A model generated the notes under the pieces. That model was not told the DNA's origin. It worked only from the letters and a program-made list of their open reading frames with translations, and did not search any database. Below are positions 1 to 7,408 of a stretch of DNA of 49,737 nucleotides, in pieces (position 1 is the first letter of the stretch; every line of letters begins with the position of its first letter). The stretch is from a virus (lineage: Duplodnaviria > Caudoviricetes). A program made the translations under genes and the position numbers. The stretch is taken from positions 1-49,737 of the IMG/VR virus record IMGVR_UViG_3300031453_000082; one strand, written 5' to 3'.

Positions 1-1035
1 TTACTGAACAGGGAGAGCGGTATGGCCAAAAGTATGGCTATCCCGTCTCGCTTGGTTGCGCGCATCCATCATCAATGCGTCGTCGGAAGCTTGAACATGA
101 ACGTACCTTTCGGTAATCGTGGTCGATCCATGCCCAAGCTTCCTGCTAGTCTTGACCAGGTCTTTGGTTGCGGCCTGATAGTCCGTGGCGAAGGTGTGAC
201 GAGACGAGTAGAGGACAACATCGGCTGGCAGGCCGATCTTCCTCTTTAGGGCCGAACCCATCACGGAAACGCTCTTGGCCTTGATGTGCCCGGTTCCGCG
301 CGGAGCAGGGAAGACCCACTCCGATCCGAGGCGGACCCGCTCGATCAACAAGTCATAGACCCGCGACGTCATATCCAGCCGGCGCCGCGACTTCTTTGTC
401 TTGCCAGTCACGATCAGGAAGGTGCGCGTCATGAAATCCACATCCTCCGCCCGCAATGAAACCGCCTCAGAGGGGCGGGTGCCGGTGTCCATTCCCATGA
501 TGAAGGTGTCGCGCACCGTTGGGTTTGCCCCAGCGATGTACGCCTCCTCCTGCTGAGGCGTGAAGATGCGATCACGTTGAACTTCGGTCGCCAGCTCGAA
601 CCGCGGAGCAGAGGCGATCAAGCCTTTCTCCTGAGCGAGCGACAGCATCCTTCGAAGCGTCCGTATGGCGCAGTTTACGTTGGACCCCGAGCCTGCGGGC
701 CTCACGCTGTCTGCCGAACTCTTCGTGATCCGATCCACTTTCACCTTCGCCAAGGGGCACTGGCTCAGCATCCGCCAGCCGTTCCGGTAGTACGCCTTCG
801 TGTCCTCATCCCTTCGGGTTTCCGAATTGAACCTCAAAAACTCGACTGAGAACTCCGCCAGGGTTGGGGTGTGCCGTCTCGGAATTTCGCCGGCACTGTA
901 CTTGTTGATGAGCGCTGATTCAACCTGTCGCGCCCGGCTAATGTTCGTCTCCTTGGTTGACCCCCGGCAACGCTTGGAGCCGATCCGGATGTCGTACCAG
1001 AAAAAGGGACTCTTCCTAACTTTGTAGAGCGGCAA
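1..1035 (-). CDS. int: Tyrosine recombinase / phage integrase
   Basis: Catalytic motifs TGTRPSE (R), GKTK (K), YSSRHT (H/Y-x-x-R), LGH and TERY (Y); N-terminal arm-binding-like region. Confidence 0.95.
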   Translation of the reverse strand: MPLYKVRKSPFFWYDIRIGSKRCRGSTKETNISRARQVESALINKYSAGEIPRRHTPTLAEFSVEFLRFNSETRRDEDTKAYYRNGWRMLSQCPLAKVKVDRITKSSADSVRPAGSGSNVNCAIRTLRRMLSLAQEKGLIASAPRFELATEVQRDRIFTPQQEEAYIAGANPTVRDTFIMGMDTGTRPSEAVSLRAEDVDFMTRTFLIVTGKTKKSRRRLDMTSRVYDLLIERVRLGSEWVFPAPRGTGHIKAKSVSVMGSALKRKIGLPADVVLYSSRHTFATDYQAATKDLVKTSRKLGHGSTTITERYVHVQASDDALMMDARNQARRDSHTFGHTALPVQ

Positions 1036-1264
1036 TCGTTGCCTCCGAACCTGCCCGCACCGGAATCACGCGCCGATCCTCCCGGTACTGGCGAAGGATC
1101 TCCGTATCATAGAGGATTCGCCGGGGGCTCATCCTGATGTACTCGGGACCCTTCCCGATGATCCTCCAACCTCGCAGGGTCGGCTCTTCGAGCCCTAAAA
1201 GCTTAGCCGCCTCCCGTGTGTCTACAAGTGCCATGGGGGTTCGTTTCCTCTCTTCAAGAGACAT
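1016..1264 (-). CDS. Xis/AlpA/MerR-like HTH protein (excisionase or repressor); start at 1264 or 1234
   Basis: TREAAKLLGLEEPTLRGWR...GPEYIR...ILY is typical of HTH_17/AlpA; overlaps the int start. Confidence 0.85.
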   Translation of the reverse strand: MSLEERKRTPMALVDTREAAKLLGLEEPTLRGWRIIGKGPEYIRMSPRRILYDTEILRQYREDRRVIPVRAGSEATIAALQS

Positions 1265-1273
1265 ACTAGCGCG

Positions 1274-1327
1274 ACTTTCTGAATTAAGAAAGTTTTTATT
1301 GACACTTTGTGACACGCGTTGCATAGT
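1274..1327 (+). promoter_or_regulatory. Rightward sigma70-type promoter with operator-like repeats in the divergent control region
   Basis: TTGACA (1299-1304), 17-bp spacer, CATAGT (1322-1327), AT-rich upstream tract; perfect inverted repeat ACTTTCT-N6-AGAAAGT (1274-1293); TGACAC direct repeat at 1300 and 1310. Confidence 0.7.
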
Positions 1328-1377
1328 GGATCTCGTTGAGTTCGGAATTCAGCAATCCTATTCCAGAGGCGACACAC

Positions 1378-1578
1378 ATGCAGAGCGCCCTTCCCACTTC
1401 ACCTTGCGAATGCACCCATGAGTATCAGGGCCACGGCTCCCGTAATGGAGTCTGCTTCACCGTCGGATGCCCCTGCACCGGATACACCAGGGCCGACATC
1501 ATCGACGGAAGCGACTTCGCCGTGATCCTGCAGTTCTACAACCGGAAGCACGCGGCTGATCTAGGGGTGGCGTTGTGA
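1378..1578 (+). CDS. Small Cys/His-rich putative zinc-binding protein
   Basis: ATG at 1378 after GAGG; CECTHEYQGH...CFTVGCPC motif; stop overlaps the next start (GTGA). Confidence 0.7.
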   Translation: MQSALPTSPCECTHEYQGHGSRNGVCFTVGCPCTGYTRADIIDGSDFAVILQFYNRKHAADLGVAL

Positions 1579-2471
1579 CTCCTGCACACATTGCTAACCC
1601 AGCCCTGATATTGCGGACCTGTTCGCGCGACATGACGTCTCACCTAGGCTTCGTCTGGCCCCGGTCCGGCAGGGTGGAGTGCCCCGACTGGGATCCGACG
1701 CCCAAATGCGGTCATGGGCTTCACGGCTTGCTGCGTGGCGAGGGAAATGGAAATCTTGTTTGCTGGGACAGCGGTGCGATCTGGGTAGCTGCATGGATCG
1801 ACGCGGGCTTAGCCATTGATCTTACGGGCAAGGTGAAGTTCCCCTGGGCGGAGGTCGCTCTGGTCGGCTCCCGGCTTGAAGTCACCGCATTCCTGGTCGC
1901 TAACGGTTGCAGCGGGGCTGTAGTCGGCTCGACCTTGACCGGCGGGTACGGCTCGACCTTGACCGGCGGGTACGGCTCGACCTTGACCGGCGGGTACGGC
2001 TCGACCTTGACCGGCGGGGACAGCTCGACCTTGACCGGCGGGTACGGCTCGACCTTGACCGGCGGGGACAGCTCGACCTTGACCGGCGGGGACGGCTCGA
2101 CCTTGACCGGCGGGGACGGCTCGACCTTGACCGGCGGGGACCGCTCGACCTTGACCGGCGGGTACGGCTCGACCTTGACCGGCGGGTACGGCTCGACCTT
2201 GACCGGCGGGGACGGCTCGACCTTGACCGGCGGGGGCCGCTCGGCCTTGACCGGCGGGTACCGCTCGACCTTGACCGGCGGGTACGGCTCGACCTTGACC
2301 GGCGGGGACGGCTCGACCTTGACCGGCGGGTACGAAACCACATTAACGTTCCGCTACTGGGCAAGAAGCCGCTACAGGACGGCTTCGTTCGAGGTGGGCG
2401 GGAACGGACTGAAGCCGGACACTGCTTATCGGTGCGACGACAAAGGAAATATTAACGAGGTAGCCAAATGA
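1575..2471 (+). CDS. Miniature ice-nucleation-protein (InaZ)-like protein: N-domain, 17 GG(Y/D)xSTLT octapeptides, C-terminal cap
   Basis: N-term ALILRTC...WP.SG.VE...GL.GLL.G.G...KVKFP.AEV..VG.R; repeats like AGYGSTLT; C-term LTFRYW..RYR...GGNG...D..Y; all resemble InaZ as recalled. Confidence 0.8.
   Translation: MTPAHIANPALILRTCSRDMTSHLGFVWPRSGRVECPDWDPTPKCGHGLHGLLRGEGNGNLVCWDSGAIWVAAWIDAGLAIDLTGKVKFPWAEVALVGSRLEVTAFLVANGCSGAVVGSTLTGGYGSTLTGGYGSTLTGGYGSTLTGGDSSTLTGGYGSTLTGGDSSTLTGGDGSTLTGGDGSTLTGGDRSTLTGGYGSTLTGGYGSTLTGGDGSTLTGGGRSALTGGYRSTLTGGYGSTLTGGDGSTLTGGYETTLTFRYWARSRYRTASFEVGGNGLKPDTAYRCDDKGNINEVAK
1941..2348 (+). repeat. Tandem 24-bp coding repeat, 17 units (consensus GGCGGGKACGGCTCGACCTTGACC), with a partial unit from 1926
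   Basis: Read directly; variation is almost confined to codons 3-4 of each unit and the last unit is degenerate. Confidence 0.97.
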
Positions 2472-2692
2472 CACCCGAACAAGCTCTTTACCAATTCCTC
2501 GCTGAGCGCTCCTACATGAGAGAGCTTATAGCTGCTACGCCCCTGCCGGAGGCTGTCTGTTCGTGTGGACATCCCCACGATCACCACAACGGGCTTACCG
2601 GATGGTGCTATTGCCCTTGCAGCGCCTTTACTGCTCCTCCAATCGAGCATCGCTCCAACCTTGCCGTTCTGTTGTCGGGGAGGGCGCTGTGA
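2468..2692 (+). CDS. Small Cys/His-rich putative zinc-binding protein
   Basis: GAGG RBS, ATGA coupling; CSCGHPHDHH...WCYCPC motif. Confidence 0.7.
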   Translation: MTPEQALYQFLAERSYMRELIAATPLPEAVCSCGHPHDHHNGLTGWCYCPCSAFTAPPIEHRSNLAVLLSGRAL

Positions 2693-2808
2693 TTAAACGC
2701 CGCGACGCTGAATTCCCGTCCTACCCCCTCGCTGCTGCTTATCTTCTGGGACTCTGTGTGTTTGGCGTTTTAGTTTCCGTGATGTGGGAAGCGTGGTGCG
2801 GACGATGA
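2689..2808 (+). CDS. Small single-pass membrane protein (39 aa)
   Basis: GTGA and ATGA overlaps on both sides; hydrophobic stretch LAAAYLLGLCVFGVLVSVMW. Confidence 0.55.
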   Translation: MIKRRDAEFPSYPLAAAYLLGLCVFGVLVSVMWEAWCGR

Positions 2809-3317
2809 GCCAAGATCCCCGCTACCCACCTGGTGCCAGTGCCGACGCCTACGAAACATGGGCGGGCCTGTATCAAGAGGAGTGCCCCTTCGAGTGTGGC
2901 GATTGTGGGGAGCTTATTGATGCCGACGACGACGACCCCAGCGAGGGCCAGCATTTCCATTTCGCTTGCGCGGAAACGATTCGCCGCTCGGAGGCTGAGC
3001 CGCTATCGAGTCAGTTCACGAAGGGCCCTTGGGGCGTGGGTGGGCGGAGCGGTTTCCCGACCGTCTTTTCTGCTGCCGGTACTAGTATTGCCTCTCCTCA
3101 TTTCGACCGCGGCATGAGGGCAGTACGTAGCGATGTAGCCTATCGTGCCGAACTTCTCGCTAACGCTCGCCTGATAGCGGCCGCCCCTGAACTCTACGAT
3201 GCCTTACAGCAGGCGGTAGAACGCATGAAGATGACCCAGGCTGGAGACTTCATCCCGTCCTGCTCTGCGGCAATCAAGTATGCAGAATTGGCTCTTGCCA
3301 AAGCGGAGGGTAAATGA
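2805..3317 (+). CDS. Phage early hypothetical protein
   Basis: Common phage motif FTKGPW...ANARLIAAAPELYDAL; N-terminal Cys cluster; coupled stop/start. Confidence 0.7.
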   Translation: MSQDPRYPPGASADAYETWAGLYQEECPFECGDCGELIDADDDDPSEGQHFHFACAETIRRSEAEPLSSQFTKGPWGVGGRSGFPTVFSAAGTSIASPHFDRGMRAVRSDVAYRAELLANARLIAAAPELYDALQQAVERMKMTQAGDFIPSCSAAIKYAELALAKAEGK

Positions 3318-4261
3318 TGATTCGCACGGGTTTCGTCGGAGGGAGCGACGTGGCTGCGGTGATCGGGGTATCCCCGTGGAAGACGCCGTACGCTCTCTTC
3401 GAGGAGAAGATCGGGGCGGCAGTGGAGGATTCCACCCACGAGGACCGGAAAAAGGTGTTGCGCCGCGGTAAGCGATTAGAGCCCGTGGTTATGGAGATGT
3501 TGCAGGAAGAGCACGACCTCAACATTGGGGAGCGCAACGCGATCCACATCGATCCTGAGTATGAGTGGATGCGGGCCGAGATCGACTTCGAATACTTCTT
3601 TGACGAAGGGCTGGGTCGGGACCTTTTGGAGGTCGGCAATGGCGACGTAAAGACCGTGTCTTCGTACGCCCGGTCCGGCTGGGGAGAAGAGGGCTCTGAC
3701 GAGGTCCCCAGTTACTACGCCGCGCAGTTTCTTTGGGGCCAGATGATTACCGGCCGCAGCATCACGATGGTTGCAGCGCTTTTCGACGCGACCGATCTGC
3801 GGATCTACTACGTGCCACGGAATGAGGAGCTAATAGCTTTTCTTCGCACCGCGGCTATCAACTTCTGGACCAACCACGTCCTCACCGGCGTGGCGCCGCC
3901 TATCCGGACCGCTGAGGACGCGGCCAGGGTCGTCGCAAAATTCGACGGTCTCACGGTGCAAGCCGACGATACAACACGCAAGGCGCTCGACCGGCTGAAG
4001 GGGATCAAGGCGGCGGAGAAGCGGTTAGAGGCGAAGCGTGAGGAGTACGAGTTCGCGGTCAAGAAAGCGTTCGCTACGCAGGCCGGCGACGAGACACCGG
4101 GGAAGTTCGCGCTGGTGGATGAGGCTGGCATGCCGCTCGCGAGCTGGAATCTTCAATCGTGCAAGCGCGTCGACGTGACTATGGCGAAGCGAGACTTCCC
4201 GGAGTTCGCAGCCGCTTGCACGCGCGAGTCAACGTTCAGAGTGCTTAGGTGCTGCAAATGA
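3314..4261 (+). CDS. YqaJ-family viral recombination exonuclease
   Basis: GGSDVAAVIGVSPWKTPYALFEEK, GKRLEP, RAEIDF, DVKT and YYAAQ motifs. Confidence 0.92.
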   Translation: MMIRTGFVGGSDVAAVIGVSPWKTPYALFEEKIGAAVEDSTHEDRKKVLRRGKRLEPVVMEMLQEEHDLNIGERNAIHIDPEYEWMRAEIDFEYFFDEGLGRDLLEVGNGDVKTVSSYARSGWGEEGSDEVPSYYAAQFLWGQMITGRSITMVAALFDATDLRIYYVPRNEELIAFLRTAAINFWTNHVLTGVAPPIRTAEDAARVVAKFDGLTVQADDTTRKALDRLKGIKAAEKRLEAKREEYEFAVKKAFATQAGDETPGKFALVDEAGMPLASWNLQSCKRVDVTMAKRDFPEFAAACTRESTFRVLRCCK

Positions 4262-4752
4262 ATATCGAACTAACTCAGGGGCAGGTGGCGATCGTGGATT
4301 CTGAGGACTACGCGGAGGTATCACAACACAAGTGGTACGCGTGGTGGAACCCGGCCACAAAGTCCTTCTATGCGGTCCGGAATAGCAGGCCGAAAGGTAC
4401 TTTGCCACAGCGCATATACATGCACCGCTTCATCCTCTCAGCGGCACCACCGGCTTGGGTGGACCACGCTAATCATGACACGCTAGACAACCGGCGATCA
4501 AACATTCGCCTCTGCACCCCCTCACAAAATATGTGCAATCGGCGGTACCCGAACAAACACGGGTATAGAGGTGTGGCCTCAACTGCGCCTGGAACTCTAA
4601 AGCCTTTCCTGGCGCAGATCCGATTGAACGGCAAGAGGGTGATCTTGGGATATTTCGATACGCCGGCGCTCGCGGCCGAAGTGTGGAACGAGGCGGCCAG
4701 AAAAGCCTATGGCGAGTTTGCTCTTTTGAACGAGGTGGAACATGGCAGTTAG
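4258..4752 (+). CDS. HNH endonuclease with AP2 DNA-binding domain (homing-endonuclease-like)
   Basis: MHRFIL...VDHANHDTLDNRRSNIR.CT.SQN; C-terminal YRGV...AQIR.NGK...LGYF...AA...YGEFA. Confidence 0.9.
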   Translation: MNIELTQGQVAIVDSEDYAEVSQHKWYAWWNPATKSFYAVRNSRPKGTLPQRIYMHRFILSAAPPAWVDHANHDTLDNRRSNIRLCTPSQNMCNRRYPNKHGYRGVASTAPGTLKPFLAQIRLNGKRVILGYFDTPALAAEVWNEAARKAYGEFALLNEVEHGS

Positions 4753-5596
4753 CGGAATCGCATCCCTAAAGACCCAGACCGGCATCGCGCAGCCCGCGCG
4801 CACCCCCGAAGAAAACATTCAGGTCATGCTCAAGGCGGAGGTGCCGAGAATCCAGCGGCTCTTCCAGGACCCGCGCATGACGGCCCGCTTCGTGCAACTC
4901 GCAATGATGGACATGCGAAAGGTGCCGAAGCTGCTGAAATGCAACACGCAGAGCATCCTCGGCTGCATGATGCAGGCGGCATCCCTCGGCCTCTACTTCG
5001 GGATGAACGGCCAGTGCTTCATGGTCCCTTACGGGTCCGAGGCGACATTCGTCACCGGATGGCGTGGCCATGTGACCCTAGCGCTGCGCGGCAATAATGG
5101 GGCGGAACTAGGTGCCAAGGCGGTTAGGCAAGGTGATGAGTTCGACTACTCGGACGGGAGCAAGCCGTTCATTCACCACAAGACCGGCGGCGAACGTGAG
5201 GCTCCGATCACGCACTTTTGGGCGAAGTCGCTACAGCCGGGAGCGCGTCATATCAACCCCGAAGTCTGGACGGCATCAGCAGTGGAGCGCCACCGCGAAA
5301 GATTCAACAAGGTCGGCTCGAATCATTACAGCTACGCCAACCCTGAATCCTGGGAGGCATACGGCTGCAAGGTACCTTTGCTCCAGGCGATCAAGCTCCT
5401 ACCCGTTACCTATGAGTCTGCGATGGCAACCCAGCTCGACTACGCCGCAGACAGGGGAGTTCAGAAGCTGCGTCCGGAGACAGTCGAGGCTGGCGTTCTC
5501 CCCGACGAGCCAACCGAGACCGAGGATGGTGCAAAGGAATACTTCAAGTCCGATGAGTTCGCAGAGAAGTCACAAGACAACGAGATTCTGCCATGA
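4742..5596 (+). CDS. recT: RecT-family single-strand annealing protein
   Basis: PKLLKC..QSILGCMMQAASLGL, CFMVPY, GWRG.V.LA.R, V.QGDEF motifs; paired with YqaJ. Confidence 0.88.
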   Translation: MAVSGIASLKTQTGIAQPARTPEENIQVMLKAEVPRIQRLFQDPRMTARFVQLAMMDMRKVPKLLKCNTQSILGCMMQAASLGLYFGMNGQCFMVPYGSEATFVTGWRGHVTLALRGNNGAELGAKAVRQGDEFDYSDGSKPFIHHKTGGEREAPITHFWAKSLQPGARHINPEVWTASAVERHRERFNKVGSNHYSYANPESWEAYGCKVPLLQAIKLLPVTYESAMATQLDYAADRGVQKLRPETVEAGVLPDEPTETEDGAKEYFKSDEFAEKSQDNEILP

Positions 5597-5919
5597 ACGG
5601 ATTCGATTTCAGCAAGGGCGCCGCCAACTCTACCTCGCAGGCCGCATGGGCATCGCTACAGCCGCGCTTGTCGGATCAGCAGATGCGCGTTATGGCGCAC
5701 ATAGCAGCTCACCGTAGCGGGCGTACAAGCCGGGAATGCTGCATAGGCTTGGCGATGGAGATGCATTGTGTCTCGGGGCGGGTCACTAAACTTAAGGTTC
5801 TCGGTTATGTGATGAGCGGGAAGGAGAGGCGGGATCGCGGCGGAGTTATTCACGCGACGAAGATAGGTAAGGCAGCACTGGTTGAACTATCGCAACGAAA
5901 GCTTTTCTACGCACTTTAA
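5593..5919 (+). CDS. Winged-HTH phage protein
   Basis: TSQAAW...QQMRVM..I...GRTSRE...VSGRVTKL...GYV pattern. Confidence 0.6.
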   Translation: MNGFDFSKGAANSTSQAAWASLQPRLSDQQMRVMAHIAAHRSGRTSRECCIGLAMEMHCVSGRVTKLKVLGYVMSGKERRDRGGVIHATKIGKAALVELSQRKLFYAL

Positions 5920-6023
5920 TGACACAGTATCAACTGGCATGATGCTGTTCTACGGGCCTAATGTTCGCGGCGCAATCGATCAGCAAATACAACTTCCATT
6001 CTAACTAGCAGAAGGTACCTCAA

Positions 6024-6245
6024 ATGATTAGTCCTGTGGCAAACGTCTGGACTGTAACAGTATGGTCTGAACTCAGACATTATAAGAAAGTCATTGTTGC
6101 TTCTTGCGCGTTGTTTGCAATGCAAAAAGCAATACAATTAGTCAATGAATGGGATACTTCCTTGAACCTAACTTTAGATAGCATCACTCACTGCTCTATT
6201 GTGATGGATGTAGATGGAATAGCACTTTCCGCGTCAAATGAGTGA
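6024..6245 (+). CDS. Hypothetical protein in an AT-richer segment
   Basis: ORF with AAGGT upstream; visibly lower GC than neighbours. Confidence 0.45.
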   Translation: MISPVANVWTVTVWSELRHYKKVIVASCALFAMQKAIQLVNEWDTSLNLTLDSITHCSIVMDVDGIALSASNE

Positions 6246-6323
6246 TCTATTATTTTTTCGCGATGACATCCTCGCACGGCGGCTCAAGCCGAAGTTTTAT
6301 AACCCCAAGAAAAGAGGCTAACC

Positions 6324-6488
6324 ATGAAAACCAAGCTGTTCGTTCTCGCGTTTCTCGCCCTCACTTTATCAGCTGATCATGCCACCACTCATTCTGTGGC
6401 GTCGGTGTTCCCGCGCCCTACCTGCAACCCCTTCAGCGACCCCAACTGCAACCCTATGCCTAAGCCACAGTTATTGCTCACACGATGA
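6324..6488 (+). CDS. Small secreted Cys-pair peptide, 54 aa, absent from the ORF track: MKTKLFVLAFLALTLSADHATTHSVASVFPRPTCNPFSDPNCNPMPKPQLLLTR
   Basis: Translated by hand; AGAGG RBS; signal-peptide-like N-terminus; stop overlaps the next ATG (ATGA). Confidence 0.7.
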   Translation: MKTKLFVLAFLALTLSADHATTHSVASVFPRPTCNPFSDPNCNPMPKPQLLLTR

Positions 6489-6823
6489 GAGCTCGGAAGA
6501 CGGTGTTGATCTACTCCACCAGTCCCGATGCAGGAGTTTTGGGGTTAGTGCTTGAAACACGGATCGACGTCGCAGTCTCTTTAGCCACGTCTGAGGTAGG
6601 AGCTGTCGCACTGCTGAACTGTGTCGCGTTTCGCTGTTTCGTCATTGATGGGTCGCATGAGTCACTACAGATGATTTCGGCCCGTCACAATGTGCCGTCA
6701 TTGGTTGTGGGTAATTCAGGTATGGCGTCTCTGATAGATCGAGTCAGGGTAGCCTGCATTCGTAAGCGTGGACCGAAAAGAAAGAAAGTAGTACCGATTA
6801 GATCGCCACTGCTTTACCGATAA
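6485..6823 (+). CDS. Degenerate single-domain response-regulator receiver-like protein with basic RKRGP tail
   Basis: KTVLI...VLETR...V..A.S...A..LL...F.CFVID pattern resembles a REC fold; acidic pocket pair absent. Confidence 0.55.
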   Translation: MRARKTVLIYSTSPDAGVLGLVLETRIDVAVSLATSEVGAVALLNCVAFRCFVIDGSHESLQMISARHNVPSLVVGNSGMASLIDRVRVACIRKRGPKRKKVVPIRSPLLYR

Positions 6824-6851
6824 CAAAATAAACGGAAGAGGGGATAGGGAC

Positions 6852-7013
6852 ATGGCAAAGGAAGCTTCAACAGTAAACAAGTTATGGGCGCTAGGAAAGG
6901 TAGAACCAGGATGGTATGTCGTCCGCTGGGTGTGGGACGCGGCGTATGCCAAGCACCTCCAAGAACTGGGCTACGAAGTTAGGTGCTCTGAAGAGAGTCC
7001 AGGCGCAGCATGA
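6852..7013 (+). CDS. Small hypothetical protein, 53 aa (MAKEASTVNKLWALGKVEPGWYVVRWVWD...)
   Basis: Translated by hand; purine-rich RBS AGGGA. Confidence 0.5.
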   Translation: MAKEASTVNKLWALGKVEPGWYVVRWVWDAAYAKHLQELGYEVRCSEESPGAA

Positions 7014-7042
7014 TTCCAAGCAAGTAGAACGGAACGGGCTAG

Positions 7043-7405
7043 ATGGCTAAGATAGTACGGCAAATTAGGTACACCTCGAACAGGCCTAGTGCGAAGCCTT
7101 GTTTTGTCAAGAAGCACATCACCAATGACAAGCGCGTGGGGCTTGCTTTGCGTGCTGGCTGTATCCCGGGGGAGCAGGGGGAGGCAGACTGTGAATGGTG
7201 TGGGACGAAATGTGGGGTTGATTGGCGCCGCGGCCGTAATGGAAAGATCTTGACCGACATTCGGTTTGATGGGCTGGAGGTTGACCACGTCATCCCGGAG
7301 TTCTTGGGCGGCGACTCAGAGTTGGAGAACCTTGCTTTGTCATGTAAGCCCTGCAATCGTGCGCGGGGATACAGGGGCCGTTATCAGCCAGAACGGATGG
7401 TCTAA
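7043..7405 (+). CDS. HNH endonuclease
   Basis: CEWCG...LEVDHVIPEFLGG...NLALSCKPCN. Confidence 0.88.
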   Translation: MAKIVRQIRYTSNRPSAKPCFVKKHITNDKRVGLALRAGCIPGEQGEADCEWCGTKCGVDWRRGRNGKILTDIRFDGLEVDHVIPEFLGGDSELENLALSCKPCNRARGYRGRYQPERMV

Positions 7406-7408
7406 CCC

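Noticed and set aside
1926-2348. 24-bp repeat array as a CRISPR array or DGR template
   Set aside because: Units are contiguous with no unique spacers and stay in frame within a protein; no cas or reverse transcriptase gene is in the window
1721-2455. Alternative-frame and antisense ORFs over the repeat (PPVKVEP, RSRSS, RLDLDR)
   Set aside because: Expected by-products of a stop-free tandem repeat; only the 1575-2471 frame has meaningful flanking domains and coupling
6305-6315. CCAAGAAAAGA as a third copy of the late element (also a weak match near 15819-15833)
   Set aside because: Only an 11-bp or looser match, without the GTCTT half-site or the downstream -10 part
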